Assembly: GCF_964213995.1 (NCBI RefSeq)
Contig: NC_135830.1
Coordinates: 6,758,001 to 6,822,000, forward strand
Length of the DNA: 64,000 bases
Origin: Mustelus asterias
Lineage: Eukaryota
Reading direction: 5' to 3'
The translations under genes and the position numbers were made by a program. The notes beneath the pieces were generated by a model, which saw nothing but the letters and a program-made list of their open reading frames with translations, made no database searches and was not told the origin of the DNA. The first letter of the stretch is position 1. Every line of letters starts with the position of its first letter. Positions 1 to 10,928 of the stretch are shown piece after piece.

Positions 1-1337
1 TGAGGAACATTGTCAGAGGCTACAGAAGGATATAGATAGGCTGGAAATTTGGGCAAGGAAATGGCAGATGGAGTTCAATCCTGATAAATGCGAAGTGATG
101 CATTTTGGTGGGAATAATGTAGGGAGGAGCTACACGATAAATGGAAGAACCATAAAGGGTGTAGAGACGCAGAGGGACCTGGGTGTGCAAGTCCACAGAT
201 CATTGAAGGTGACGTCACAGGTGGAGAAGGTGGTGAAGAAGGCATATGGCATGCTTGCCTTTATAGGACGGGGCATAGAGTATAAAAGTTGGGGTCTGAT
301 GTTGCAGATGGAAAGAACGTTGGTTCGGCCGCATTTGGAATACTGCGTCCAGTTCTGGTCGCCACACTACCAGAAGGACGTGGAGGCTTTGGAGAGAGTA
401 CAGAGGAGGTTTACCAGGATGTTGCCTGGTATGGAGGGGCTTGGTTATGAGGAGAGATTGGGGAAACTGGGGTTGTTCTCCTTGGAAAGACGGAGGATGA
501 GGGGAGACTTAATAGAGGTGTATAAAATTATGAAAGGCATAGATAGGGTGAACGGTGGGAAGCTTTTCCCCGGGTCGGTGGTGACGTTCACGAGGGGTCA
601 TAGGTTCAAGGTGAAGCGGGGGAGGTTTAACACAGATATCAGAAGGACATATTTCACACAGAGGGTCGTGGGGGCCTGGAATGTGTTGCCGGGCAAGGTG
701 GTGGAGGCGGACACACTGGGAACGTTTAAGACTTATCTAGACAGCTATATGAACGGAGTGGGAATGGAGGGATACAAAAGAGTGGTCTAGTTTGGACCAG
801 GGAGCGGCGCGGGCTAATTGTTCCTTGTTTCCCGTTTCAAGGCTTCATTCTATGATCATCTTGCTGGTGCCAGTACAGAGCGAGACTGCGGATAGTTGGG
901 AACCTGTCTCGGGGGCAGGGAATTCATATGGTGTTCGTGAAGTGGAAATGACTAGGGTTGGGAAGCATTTTCCGATCAGGGCCATTGTGATCTCCTGGAC
1001 TCGTTTCGATCGCCTCAGGGGGTCGGAGAGGAATTTCCCAGATTTTTTTTTCCCCATATTGGCCCTGGGGTTTTTCACTCTGGGTTTTCGCCTCTCCCTG
1101 GAGATCACATGGTCTGGAATGGGGGGGTGGGGGTAAGTTAATAGGTTGTAATGAACAAAGCATCGTAGCTGTGAGGGACAGCTCGGTGGATAGGATATTG
1201 GTATGTAGATAGGCTGGAAAATTGGGCGGGGATCCTGGATTCAGGATTCAATCCTGGACCGGGGAGCGGCGCGGGCTTGGAGGGCCGAAGGGCCTGTTCC
1301 TGTGCTGTATTGTTCTTTGTTCTTTGTTCTTTGTTCT
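1..1337 (+). mobile_element. CR1-clade (HER1-like) LINE, 3' part: RT C-terminus and long 3' UTR
   Basis: ORF 68-790 has CR1 RT C-terminal motifs (VRPHLEYCVQFWSP, LERVQRRFTRM, RGDLIEVYK, TRGH). The element ends in a (TGTTCTT)n tail at ~1311-1337. Confidence 0.95.
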
Positions 1338-1787
1338 TAACCGGTAGACTACCAACCCAACTTATATAACCTTAAATACACAAAGACAAAACTCTGCGCT
1401 CTTCACCACTACAGAGTTTGATGTTAGCCGCCTTCGGCCACTTGTGTCTCACAATCCTAAGTGCCCTTGGTGTCTCTTTACCTCTTCAATACCTGACCAT
1501 AGCGTGGGGAATTTTCCCTCTTAACGTCTGATCTAAGGTGAGCTCAGAGACAGGCACTACCTTTTCCTCATGTCGATCAGCACAAGTCACAGTTACTTAT
1601 CACTATCGACAGTTAATACTTATCACTATACCTTATCACTATATCACAAATTCCCCGAATTTTACCCCAGAAAACTACACCGTTGACTCAGTCTGACTCC
1701 TACAGATTCAATGATCTCTATTCCGGCTTCCGATCGTGGCCATCGATCGGACTTACCAGTAATACAGAGCCAGCCGACTACGCCATT
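1338..1787 (-). mobile_element. 5' leader of an LTR retroelement/ERV (PBS, splice donor, hairpin)
   Basis: Lies downstream of the LTR on the minus strand. Contains a PBS, a GGTAAGT donor (1751-1757) and a palindromic-loop hairpin (1730-1750). No gag ORF is visible before the CR1. Confidence 0.65.
1768..1785 (-). promoter_or_regulatory. Primer-binding site complementary to tRNA-Ser 3' end
   Basis: Minus strand TGGCGTAGTCGGC(T)GG starts 2 nt after the LTR-terminal CA. It is complementary to the tRNA-Ser(AGA/TGA) end ...CCTGCCGACTACG-CCA, with 13 contiguous matches. Confidence 0.8.
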
Positions 1788-2309
1788 TGTTGTGGGAAAA
1801 GTCACCACTTTTCAGACTTGAGATTCAACATATACTTTATTAAATCGAAGCTTCTGGAGGATCTCTGGGCAGAGTTCCTCAATCTGGCTTGGCAGCAAGT
1901 GCAGTTATGTACATTAAAACATCGCAAACATCAGCAGGTTTGCATCAAGCCGGAGGCGGTCACATATTTGGCCAATTGTGCCCCTTGACAATAGTTAGTT
2001 ATCAATAACTCCCAATCACATTTCGTTGAAAATACCTCACTGTTCAGTTCCTTTTTCAGGCCATCTGCCTGACTATTCCTGTCCTTTGCTGTCTGACCAT
2101 TCCTGCTTGCTTTGCAGTTTTACACTAAAATGAGACATGGCTCACGCCAGTTTGTCACTGAGTCAAGGCTCGAGTGTTTGTGGTTAACCACAGTGCAAAG
2201 GTTACATAGACAACTTTTCTTGTCTTAGAAAGTTTTACATTCACAATGATGGCTTAAAAAGTTTTACATTCACAATAATGGCTTGAACAGTCTCAATTTT
2301 ACTCCAACA
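1788..2309 (-). mobile_element. 5' LTR (~520 bp)
   Basis: TG...CA ends with imperfect terminal inverted repeats (TGTTGGAGTAAAA / TTTTCCCACAACA). AATAAA on the minus strand at ~1836-1841. A 29-bp tandem duplication at 2229-2286. Followed by a PBS. Confidence 0.75.
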
Positions 2310-2337
2310 ATCGTGATAAACACTACACTACAGAAAC
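2310..2337 (-). pseudogene. 5' fragment of tRNA-Val truncated by the LTR
   Basis: GTTTCTGTAGTGTAGTGTTTATCACG directly abuts the LTR TG. Its flank matches the other Val repeat units. Confidence 0.8.
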
Positions 2338-3355
2338 AGCTTGAATCGGACGAGAGCAAATCTGCCTGTCTGCAATGTTCAACTACGCTGTGTTGCTGCA
2401 GGTTCCGATGGTTAGACTGAGAGCCCATGGCACTTAATTCAGGAAGAAAACCGTTACTTTCAATCTGATTGTACGACTTATCCCGAACATCAAAAGTTAA
2501 AATCGTTCGTCTCGCAAATATCTAAGGGAGCAATGATTTCTGCCCATTCGTTCATGCATCATTTTCACCTTTCTTCGAATAATCTCAATCAATTGTACTC
2601 AGTAATAAAGGAAAATTACTGCGGATGACAAAAGAGAAAATGCTGCAAAATCTCACAATGTCTGGCAGCACCTGTAAGGAGTGAAAAGGGCGGACGTTTC
2701 GAGTCCAGATGACACTTTATCAAAGCTCATTGTGCAATTGTACTCAGAATCTGTTTCACTATTTAGTATCAATGCATTATTTAACACATATGTCTTCATT
2801 ATGATTTGAATATCTCTGAAATGGAACATCACTGAATTGCAACAGAACGAATCGAATCACCGGGTAATACAGATCGCAAATTTGAGATTGACTATCGTCA
2901 GCTTTTAAACAAAGTCAACTGCATTTAAATGTAGAGAAATCAAGAATTATCTGTTCGTGACACTTGAGCCTTTTTAATTATGGGCCTGAAACATTTAGGC
3001 GCATAACTTCCTGACCTTTACAGGAAAGTCCAGTAGATCCGCACTGAGTCTCGATTCCCTCATCTGTCTGAGTGGCTTTTCCTGTTTCTCAGTGATGAAA
3101 AACGATTTTAAAATAGATCTTGCGTGAAATGTGCGCCATTTCCTCTAGTTCACTTGCAGTATGACTTGTTGAGCACACACTGTCAGGTATTTCAGATGGT
3201 GATTAACCATATTAGTCTGCACCTATAAACCCATTAAATTCTGCTGTAGACTGAACGAGATGCGAATAAGTGCTGGTGTCAAAATCGAAATTTCCTGTCA
3301 GTGCGTCAAAAAAAGCGTTTCTTATTTCACAGAAAGCATTTGAGGGTGATGCCAG

Positions 3356-3520
3356 CATGTCTTTCAGACTGTGGGAGGAAAGCGGAGCATCCGGAGGAAA
3401 CCCATGCAGACACGGGGAGAAGATGCAGACTCCGCGCAGACAGTGATCCAAACCGGGAATCGAACCTGGGATCCTGGCGCCTTGAGGCAGCAGTCTTAAC
3501 TGCTGTGCCACTGTGCTGCC
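3356..3520 (-). mobile_element. HE1-like SINE, 3'-truncated
   Basis: tRNA-like head GGGCAGCACAGTGGCACAGCAGTTAAGACTGCTGCC...GGTTCGATTCCCGG and body TCTCCCCGTGTCTGCATGGGTTTCCTCCGG. Confidence 0.85.
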
Positions 3521-3583
3521 CGGTTTCGATCTGGCGTCTTTCCGCGTGTTAGGCGAATGTGATAACCACAACACGACAGAAAC
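3516..3583 (-). pseudogene. tRNA-Val(AAC) pseudogene fused to SINE head
   Basis: Degenerate Val body lacking its last nucleotides, joined to the SINE at a shared GGGCAG. Confidence 0.8.
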
Positions 3584-3686
3584 AGCTTAATGATAGCATG
3601 CCTTTCACATCGAGACTCAGATAATGATGAGCAACGAACTGAAAACAAACAATTTTCCCTTCCACGACATGAGGAAGCTTAATGAA

Positions 3687-3759
3687 TGTTTCTGCCTGGC
3701 TTCGAACCGGGGACTTTTCGCGTGTTAGGCGAACGTGATAACCACTACACTACAGAAAC
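3687..3759 (-). tRNA. tRNA-Val(AAC), one T-stem mismatch
   Basis: GTTTCTGTAGTGTAGTGGTTATCACGTTCGCCTAACACGCGAAAAGTCCCCGGTTCGAAGCCAGGCAGAAACA, a near match to vertebrate Val-AAC. Confidence 0.8.
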
Positions 3760-4904
3760 AGCTTGGATAGCAGTGGAGCGAATCTGCCTGTCTGCAATGT
3801 TCAACTACGCTGTGATGCTGCAGGTTCCGATGGTGAGACTGAGAGCACATGTCACTGAATTCAGGAAGATAACCGTGACTTTCAATCTGATTGTGCGACT
3901 TATCCCAAACATCGAAATTCAAAATCGTTCTTCTGGCAAATATCTAAGGGAGCAATGATTTCTGCCCATTCGTTAATGCATCATCTTCATCTTTCTTCGA
4001 ATCATCTCAATCAATTGTACTCAGTAATGAAAGCAAATTACTGCGGATGAGAAAAGAGAAAATGCTGCAAAATCTCACATGTCTGGCAGCACCTGTAAGG
4101 AGTGAAAAGGGCGGACGCTTCGAGTCCAGATGAAACTTTATCAAAGCTCATTGTACAATTGTTATCAGTATTTGTTTCAATATTTAATATCAATGCATTA
4201 TTTAACACATATGTCTTCATTATGAAATGAATATCTCTGAAATTGTACATCACTGAATTCCAAACATAACTGACCAACAGAACGAAGCGAATCACCGGGC
4301 AATACAGATCACAAATTTGAGATTGACTATCGTCAGCTTTTAAACAAAGTCAACTGCATTTAAATGGAGGAAAATCAAGAATTATCTGTTCGTGACAGTT
4401 GAGCCTTTTTTGTTACGGGCGTGAAACATTCATGCGCATAACTTATGGACGTTTACCGGAAAGTCCAGTAGATCCGCGCTGAGTCTCGATTCCCTCATCT
4501 GTCTGAGTGGCTTTTCCTGTTTCTCAGTGATGAAAACGATTTTTAAAAGATTCTTCTGTGAAATGTGCGCCATTTCCTCTAGTTCACTTACAGTATGACT
4601 TGTATCTGTCTTTTTGAGCACACACTACTGTCAGAAATTTCAGATGGTGACGAACCATATTAGTCTGCACCTATAAACCCATTAAATTCTGTTGTAGATT
4701 GAACGAGATGCGAATATGTGCTCAGTGTCAAAATCGTAATTTCCAGTCAGTGCGTCAAAAATCCGTTTCTTATTTCACAGAAAGCATTTGAGGGTGATGT
4801 CAGAGCAATGATAACATGCCTTTAACATCGAGGCTCGGATAATGATGAGCAACAAACTGAAAACAAGCAATTTTCCCTGACACGACATAAGGAAGCTTAA
4901 TGAA

Positions 4905-4970
4905 TGCTTCTGCCTAGTTTCCAACCGGGGACCTAACAGGCGAACGGGATAGCCACTACACTACAGAAAC
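4905..4970 (-). pseudogene. tRNA-Val pseudogene (anticodon arm deleted, B box mutated)
   Basis: Homologous position in unit 3, 66 nt, multiple lesions. Confidence 0.8.
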
Positions 4971-5237
4971 AGCTCGTCACGCAGTTGAGAAAATCTGCCT
5001 ATCCGCAAAGTTCAACTACGCTGTGATGCTGCAGGTTCCGATGGTGAGACTGAGAGCCCATGTCACTGAATTCAGGAAGATAACCGTGACTTTCAATCTG
5101 ATTCTGCGACTTATCCCAAACATCAAAATTTCAAATCGTTCGTCTGGCAAATATCTAAGGGAGCAATGATTTCTGCCCATTCGTTAATGCATCATCTTCA
5201 TCTTTCTTCGAATAATCGCAATCAATTGTACTCAGTA

Positions 5238-5367
5238 ATAAAAGCAAATTACTGCGGATGAGAAAAGAGAAAATGCTGCAAAATCTCACAATGTCTGGCA
5301 GCACCTGTAAGGAGTGAAAAGGGCGGACGTTTCGAGTCCAGATGAACCTTTATCAAAGCTCATTGTA
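5238..5367 (-). mobile_element. Short hammerhead-like (Penelope-type) element with 15-bp TSD; also in the other Val units
   Basis: Flanked by CAATTGTACTCAGTA at 5223-5237 and 5368-5382. Minus strand reads TTGATAAAGGTTCATCTGGACTCGAAACGTC. The site is empty in the paralog at ~48417-48430. Confidence 0.7.
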
Positions 5368-5462
5368 CAATTGTACTCAGTATTTGTTTCACTATTTAGT
5401 CTCAATGCGTTATTTAACACATATGACTTCATTATGAATTGAATATCTCTGAAATTGAACAT

Positions 5463-6471
5463 AGAACATAGAACATAGAACATAGAACATTACAGCGCAG
5501 AACAGGCCCTTCGGCCCACGATGTTGCACCGACCAGTTACAAAAAAAAACCTAAACCAATTTCTTTTCGTCCATGAATCTATCTACGGCTCTCTTAAACG
5601 CCCCCAAACTAGGCGCATTTACAACTGATGCTGGCAGGGCATTCCAATCCCTCACCACTCTCTGGGTAAAGAACCTACCCCTGACATCGGTCCTATAACT
5701 ACCCCCCCTCAATTTAAATCCATGCCCCCTCGTGCTGGATTTCTCCATCAGAGGAAAAAGGCTATCACTATCCACCCTATCTAAACCTCTAATCATCTTA
5801 TATGTTTCAATAAGATCCCCTCTTAGCCGCCGCCTTTCCAGCGAAAACAATCCCAAGTCCCTCAGCCTCTCCTCATAGGATCTCCCCTCCATACCAGGCA
5901 ACATCCTGGTAAACCTCCTCTGCACCCTCTCCAAAGCCTCCACATCCTTCCTGTAATGTGGGGACCAGAACTGCACACAGTACTCCAAGTGCGGCCGCAC
6001 CAGAGTTGTGTACAGTTGCAACATAACGCTACGACTCCTAAATTCAATCCCCCTACCAATAAACGCCAAGACACCATATGCCTTCTTAACAACCTTATCT
6101 ACTTGATTCCCAACTTTCAGGGATCTATGTACACATACACCTAGATCCCTCTGCTCCTCCACACTATTCAAAGTCCTCCCGTTAGCCCTATACTCAACAC
6201 ATCTGTTATTCCTACCAAAGTGAATCACCTCACACTTCTCCGCATTAAACTCCATCCGCCACCTCTCGGCCCAACATTGCAACCTGTCTAAGTCTTCCTG
6301 CAAACTACGACACCCTTCCTCACTGTCTACCACACCACCGACTTTGGTGTCATCAGCAAATTTGCTAATCCACCCAACTATACCCTCATCCAGGTCATTA
6401 ATAAATATTACAAACAGCAGTGGCCCCAAAACAGATCCCTGAGGTACACCACTTGTAACCGCACTCCATGA
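5463..6471 (-). mobile_element. 5'-truncated CR1 LINE
   Basis: ORF 5551-6429 contains the RT FADD motif. (GTTCTAT)n tail. TGAACAT duplicated at 5456-5462 and 6472-6478. Confidence 0.95.
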
Positions 6472-7115
6472 TGAACATCACTGAATTGCAAACATAACTG
6501 ACCAACAGAATGAAGCGAATCACCGGGTAATACAGATCGCACATTTGAGCTTGATTATGGTCAGCTTTTAAACAAAGTCAACTCCATTTAAATGGAGGAG
6601 AATCAGGAATTATCTGTTCGTGACCCTTGAGCCTTTTTTATTATGAGCTTGAAACATTCAGGCTCATAAATTCCGGCCCTTTACAGGAAAGTCCAGTAGA
6701 TCCACACCGAGTCTCGATTCCCTCATCTGTCTGAGTGGCTTTTCCTGTTTCTCAGTGATGAAAAATGATTTTAAAAAAGATTCTTCTTCTAGTTCACTTA
6801 CAGTGTCACTTGTATCTGTCTTTTTGAGCACACACTACTATCAGATATTTCAGATGGTGATTAACCATATTAGTCTGCACCTATAAACCCATTAAATTCT
6901 GTTGTCGACTGAACGAGATGCGAATAAGTGCTGTGTCAAAATCGAACTTTCCTGTCAGTGCGTCAAAAAAAAAGCGTTACTTATTTCACAGAAAGCATTT
7001 GAGGGTGATGCCAGAGTAATGATGACATGCCTTTAACATCGAGGCTCTGATCATGATGAGCAACAAAATGCAATCAAACAATTTTCTCTTACATGACTTG
7101 AGGAAGCTTAAAGAA

Positions 7116-7188
7116 TGCTTCTGCCTGGTTTCGAACCAGGGACCTTCCGCGTGTAAGGCGAACGTGATAACCACTACACTACAGAAAC
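7116..7188 (-). tRNA. tRNA-Val(TAC) in a Val-AAC-type body
   Basis: GTTTCTGTAGTGTAGTGGTTATCACGTTCGCCT-TAC-ACGCGGAAGGTCCCTGGTTCGAAACCAGGCAGAAGCA. All stems pair (G-U allowed). Confidence 0.85.
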
Positions 7189-7638
7189 AGCTTGAGGCAC
7201 AACGCAGCAAATCTGCCTCTCTGCAATGTTCAACTACGCTGTGATGCTGCATGTTCCAATGGTGAGACTGAGAGCCCATTGTCACTGAATTCAGGAAGAT
7301 AACCGTTACTTTCAATCTGATTCTGCGACTTATCCTGAACATCAAAATTCAAAATCGTTCTTCTGGCAAATATCTAAGGGAGCAATGATTTCTGCCCATT
7401 CGTTAATGCATCATTTTCATCTTTCTTCGAATAATCTCAGTCAATTGTACTCAGTAATGAAATCAAATTACTGCGGATGAGAAAACAGACAATGCTGCAA
7501 AATCTCACAATGTCTGACAGCGCCTGTAAGGAGTGAAAAGAGCGGACGTTTCGAGTCCAGATGAAACTTTTTCAAAGGTCATTGTACAATTGTTTCACTA
7601 TTTACTTTCAGTGCATTATTTAACACTTATGTCTTCAT

Positions 7639-8231
7639 AAAGTTGGGATCTGATGTTGCAGTTGTATAGAACGTTGATTCGGCCGCATTTGGAATACTGC
7701 GTCCACTTCTTGTCGCCACACGACCAGTAGGGCGTGGACGCTATAGAGAGAGTGCAGAGGAGGTTTACCAGGATGTTGCCTGGTATGGAAGGGCTTAGTT
7801 ATGAGGAGAGATTGGGTAAACTGGGGTTGTTCTCACTGGAAAGACGGAGGATGAGGGGTGACTTAATAGAGGTGTATAAAATTATGAAAGGCATTGATAT
7901 GGTGAACGGTGGGAAGCTTTTTCCCAAGTCGGTGGTGACGTTCACGAGGGGTCATAGGTTCAAGGTGAGGGCGGGGGGGGGGGCGGGTGGAGTTTTAACA
8001 CGGATATCAGAAGGGCGCATTTTACACAGAGGGTGGTGGGGGCCTGGAATGCCCTGCCGGGCAAGGCGTTGGAGGCGGACACACTGGGAACGTTTAAGAC
8101 TGATCGAGGTAGCCACATGAACGAAGTGGGAATGGAGGGATACAAAAGAATGGTCTAGTTTGCACCAGGGAGCGGCGCGGGCTTGGAACTCCGAAGGGCC
8201 TGTTCCTGTGCTGTATTGTTCTTTGTTCTTT
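7639..8231 (+). mobile_element. 5'-truncated CR1 LINE (short 3' UTR form)
   Basis: Same RT C-terminus as 1-790, with frameshifts and a TGTTCTT tail. Interrupts Val unit 4. Confidence 0.9.
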
Positions 8232-8834
8232 ATTATGAATTGTATATCTCAGAAATTGAACATCACTGAATTGCAAACATAACTGCCCAACAGAACGAAG
8301 CGAATCACTGGGTAATACAGATCGTAATTTTGAGATTGAATATCGTCAGATTTTAAACAAAGTCAACTCCATTTAAATGGAGAAAAATCAAGAATTACCT
8401 GTTCGTGACACTTGAGCCTTTTTTTTTAAGGGCGTGAAACATTCAGGCGCATAACTTCCAGACCTTTACCGGAAAGTCCAGTCGATCCGCACAGAGTCTC
8501 GATTCCCTCATCTGTCTGAGTGGCTTTTCCTATTTCTCAGTGATGAAAAACGATTTAAAAATAGATATTCTGTGAAATGTGCGCCACTTCCTCTAGTTCA
8601 CTTACAGTATCACTTGTATCTGCCTTTCTGAGCACACACTACTGTTAGATATTACAGATGGTGATTAACCATATTAGTCTGCATCTATCAACTCATTTAA
8701 TTTTGTTGTAGACTGAACGAGATGCGAATATGTGCTCAGCGTCAAAATCGAACATTCCTCTCAGTGCGCCACTTAATAGAAGAACAAATCTGTTACTTTC
8801 AACCTGATTTCTCAACTTATCTTGAACTTCTTCT

Positions 8835-9385
8835 GTTGTCGTAGCGTCTGCATAGTCTCGGCGATGTACCATGTTTCGGGATATCCTTTCCTGCAGCGTA
8901 TGAGGGAGACAACGTTGGCCGAGTTGCATGTGTATGTATCGTCTACCTGGTGGATTCTGTTCTCACGTGTGATGATGGCATCCGGGTCGATGATCCAACA
9001 CATCTTGCAGAGGTTGCCGTGGCAGGGTTGTGTGGTGTCGTGGTCGCTGTTCTCTTGAAGGCTGGGTAGTTTTCTGCGAACAATGGTCTGCTTGAGGTTG
9101 TTCTGTTTTTTGAAGGCAAGTAGTGGGGGCGTGGAGATGGCCTTCGCGCGATATTCGTCTTCATCGATTGTACGCTGAAGGCTCCGAAGAAGATGTCATA
9201 GTTTCTCCACTCCGAAGACGTCTTGGCTTCTGCACTCTGGGGACGTACTGGAGGAGGAAGGGCACTCTGAGGGCTGTGTCCCGTACTTGTCTTCTGAGGA
9301 GGTCGGTGCGCTTTTTTGCTGTGGCGTGTCGGAACTGTCCATCCATGAGTCAAGCGCAATATCCTGTTCTTACAAGGCCGTCTGT
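8835..9385 (-). mobile_element. Penelope-like element fragment (GIY-YIG region)
   Basis: Reverse complement of part of 54764-55200 (TYTCNSANVV..IRCRKG.PETWYIAETMQTLRQ). Confidence 0.85.
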
Positions 9386-9466
9386 CAAAAACGACACCGC
9401 TCAGACTCCTGCGTTCAACCCGAGCTGTTGGACTTCAGCTCCAAGGACAAAAACTTCCGTCAACTC

Positions 9467-9548
9467 TGGCAGCGGTGGGATTCGAACCCACGCCTCGAGA
9501 GAGACTGGAGCCTAAATCCAGCGCCTTAGACCGCTCGGCCACGCTACC
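9467..9548 (-). tRNA. tRNA-Leu(TAG)
   Basis: GGTAGCGTGGCCGAGCGGTCTAAGGCGCTGGATT-TAG-GCTCCAGTCTCTCTCGAGGCGTGGGTTCGAATCCCACCGCTGCCA. T5 terminator ~13 nt downstream. Confidence 0.95.
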
Positions 9549-10574
9549 ACACGGAAAGACTTGATAATCATGTAATTTCATTGCATTAATACTGAAATAT
9601 ATCAAAATCCGTGGAGTTGGGATGGGCCCTGACTAAATCGTAACCGAATCAGATGATCCTGAAATGCGTAGCAAACAAAAATCATCTCCAGTCAGAAACA
9701 CAATGAGCTGCAGTGAAGGGCTGGCTCCTTTTAAACTGTCCTTAACCTCGTTTAGCTCCCAGAAAGGACAATATGGCTTCCTGTTGAATTTTCTCAGGGT
9801 CTTCACTTGAGAAAGGACAGGACACAAGGCGAGACTGGGATTTGTGCGTTCTGCCGGGAAATAACTGATAGTTGTTCTCACGCATTGGAGGAGAGCAATA
9901 AATCTTCATTTCCTGACCTGCAATCAAAACAGCAGTGAAAGTTTCAAACTCTAACCAGCAGACCAACAGATTACAGCGCGTTTTACAATTTGCTTTGCCC
10001 ACGATCCTTTTGTTATTTTAGTTTCCACGCCAGACCACTTGCACCAGAAACTTCTGCAAAATGGCACCTTCCGTTTCAACACCAGAGAAGTGTTCAGCCA
10101 ATTACAGGAATAATTCCACGACAGTTATCGCGTCCGCCTCCCACGGCGTGAAACTGGTAGAATTTGTTTTCCAAATCATTTTCACTGCAGACTGAGGGAA
10201 AAGTTATATTATTCATATATTTGCAAATTTTAACGAGTCTGATGGGTTTCCCCTGCATTTTCTAGTTGTGAAGTCAGGGGTCACTCCTTGAAAAGGGCAG
10301 AAGGTAAGGTTCGGCACAGAAAACGAGGGAGGATGTATTATTTGACACAAGGAATGATAGACAAGGCAACATTGAGCTGGTGATGGCGGAACTCGGGTGT
10401 TCCAATGGTGCAAAGTCAACGTCTTCACGGCCATGGTCTCGATGGCAGGTGAAAAATGTGGAAATAAGTTGAGTATTTTTTAAAATGAGAAACCCGTCGA
10501 TTGTGTGACGGAAGAGGAGGAAGAGAATGGCTAAAATGACGATGATCCGCTGATTGGAGAAGTCACTGTCAGCT

Positions 10575-10646
10575 TCCCTGCTGGTCGAGTGGTTTGGATT
10601 CGGCACGTTCATCACTGTGGACTGGATTCAATCCCCAGCCAGAGGG
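10575..10646 (+). pseudogene. tRNA-Glu pseudogene
   Basis: TCCCTGCTGGTCGAGTGGTTTGGATTCGGC... is a degenerate Glu body. Confidence 0.65.
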
Positions 10647-10928
10647 TAACTCGTTTGTATTGCTGTGTGAACTGACACCATGAAAAGGAATTCTGCATTG
10701 AATGAAACCAGATCTGGCAGCGTCCGTGGAGAGAGAAACAAAGTTAATCTTCCAGCTGGATCTTTCATCAAAGCTGGAAAAGTCGGAAATGTAACAGATG
10801 GAAAACAACTGCTTGGCTGTGATTCCAAAATATTGTGAGGGGCTTGAGGGGCTAAATGTTCTATCCAAAATCTCAATCATATTCTAACCCATTGCCGGTA
10901 TTATTCTGAGCAATAGTTACCTTCGACT

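Larger units (their letters stand above)
2310..8770. repeat. Tandem array of ~1.2-kb tRNA-Val-bearing units (4 units, with insertions)
   Basis: Recurrent blocks such as GCAAATATCTAAGGGAGCAATGATTTCTGCCCATTCG at ~2514, 3937, 5147 and 7366, and TTAGTCTGCACCTATAAACCC at ~3212, 4660 and 6870. Confidence 0.95.

Noticed and set aside
1683-1988. ORF across the LTR/leader as gag or a host gene
   Set aside because: It is on the strand opposite the PBS and has no recognisable motifs.
3686-3958. ORFs overlapping tRNA genes (also 9123-9529, 26543-26743, 31226-31553)
   Set aside because: These are incidental translations of tRNA and repeat sequence.
2310-8770. CRISPR-like array
   Set aside because: The units are ~1.2 kb with tRNA genes and no repeat-spacer structure, and the context is eukaryotic.
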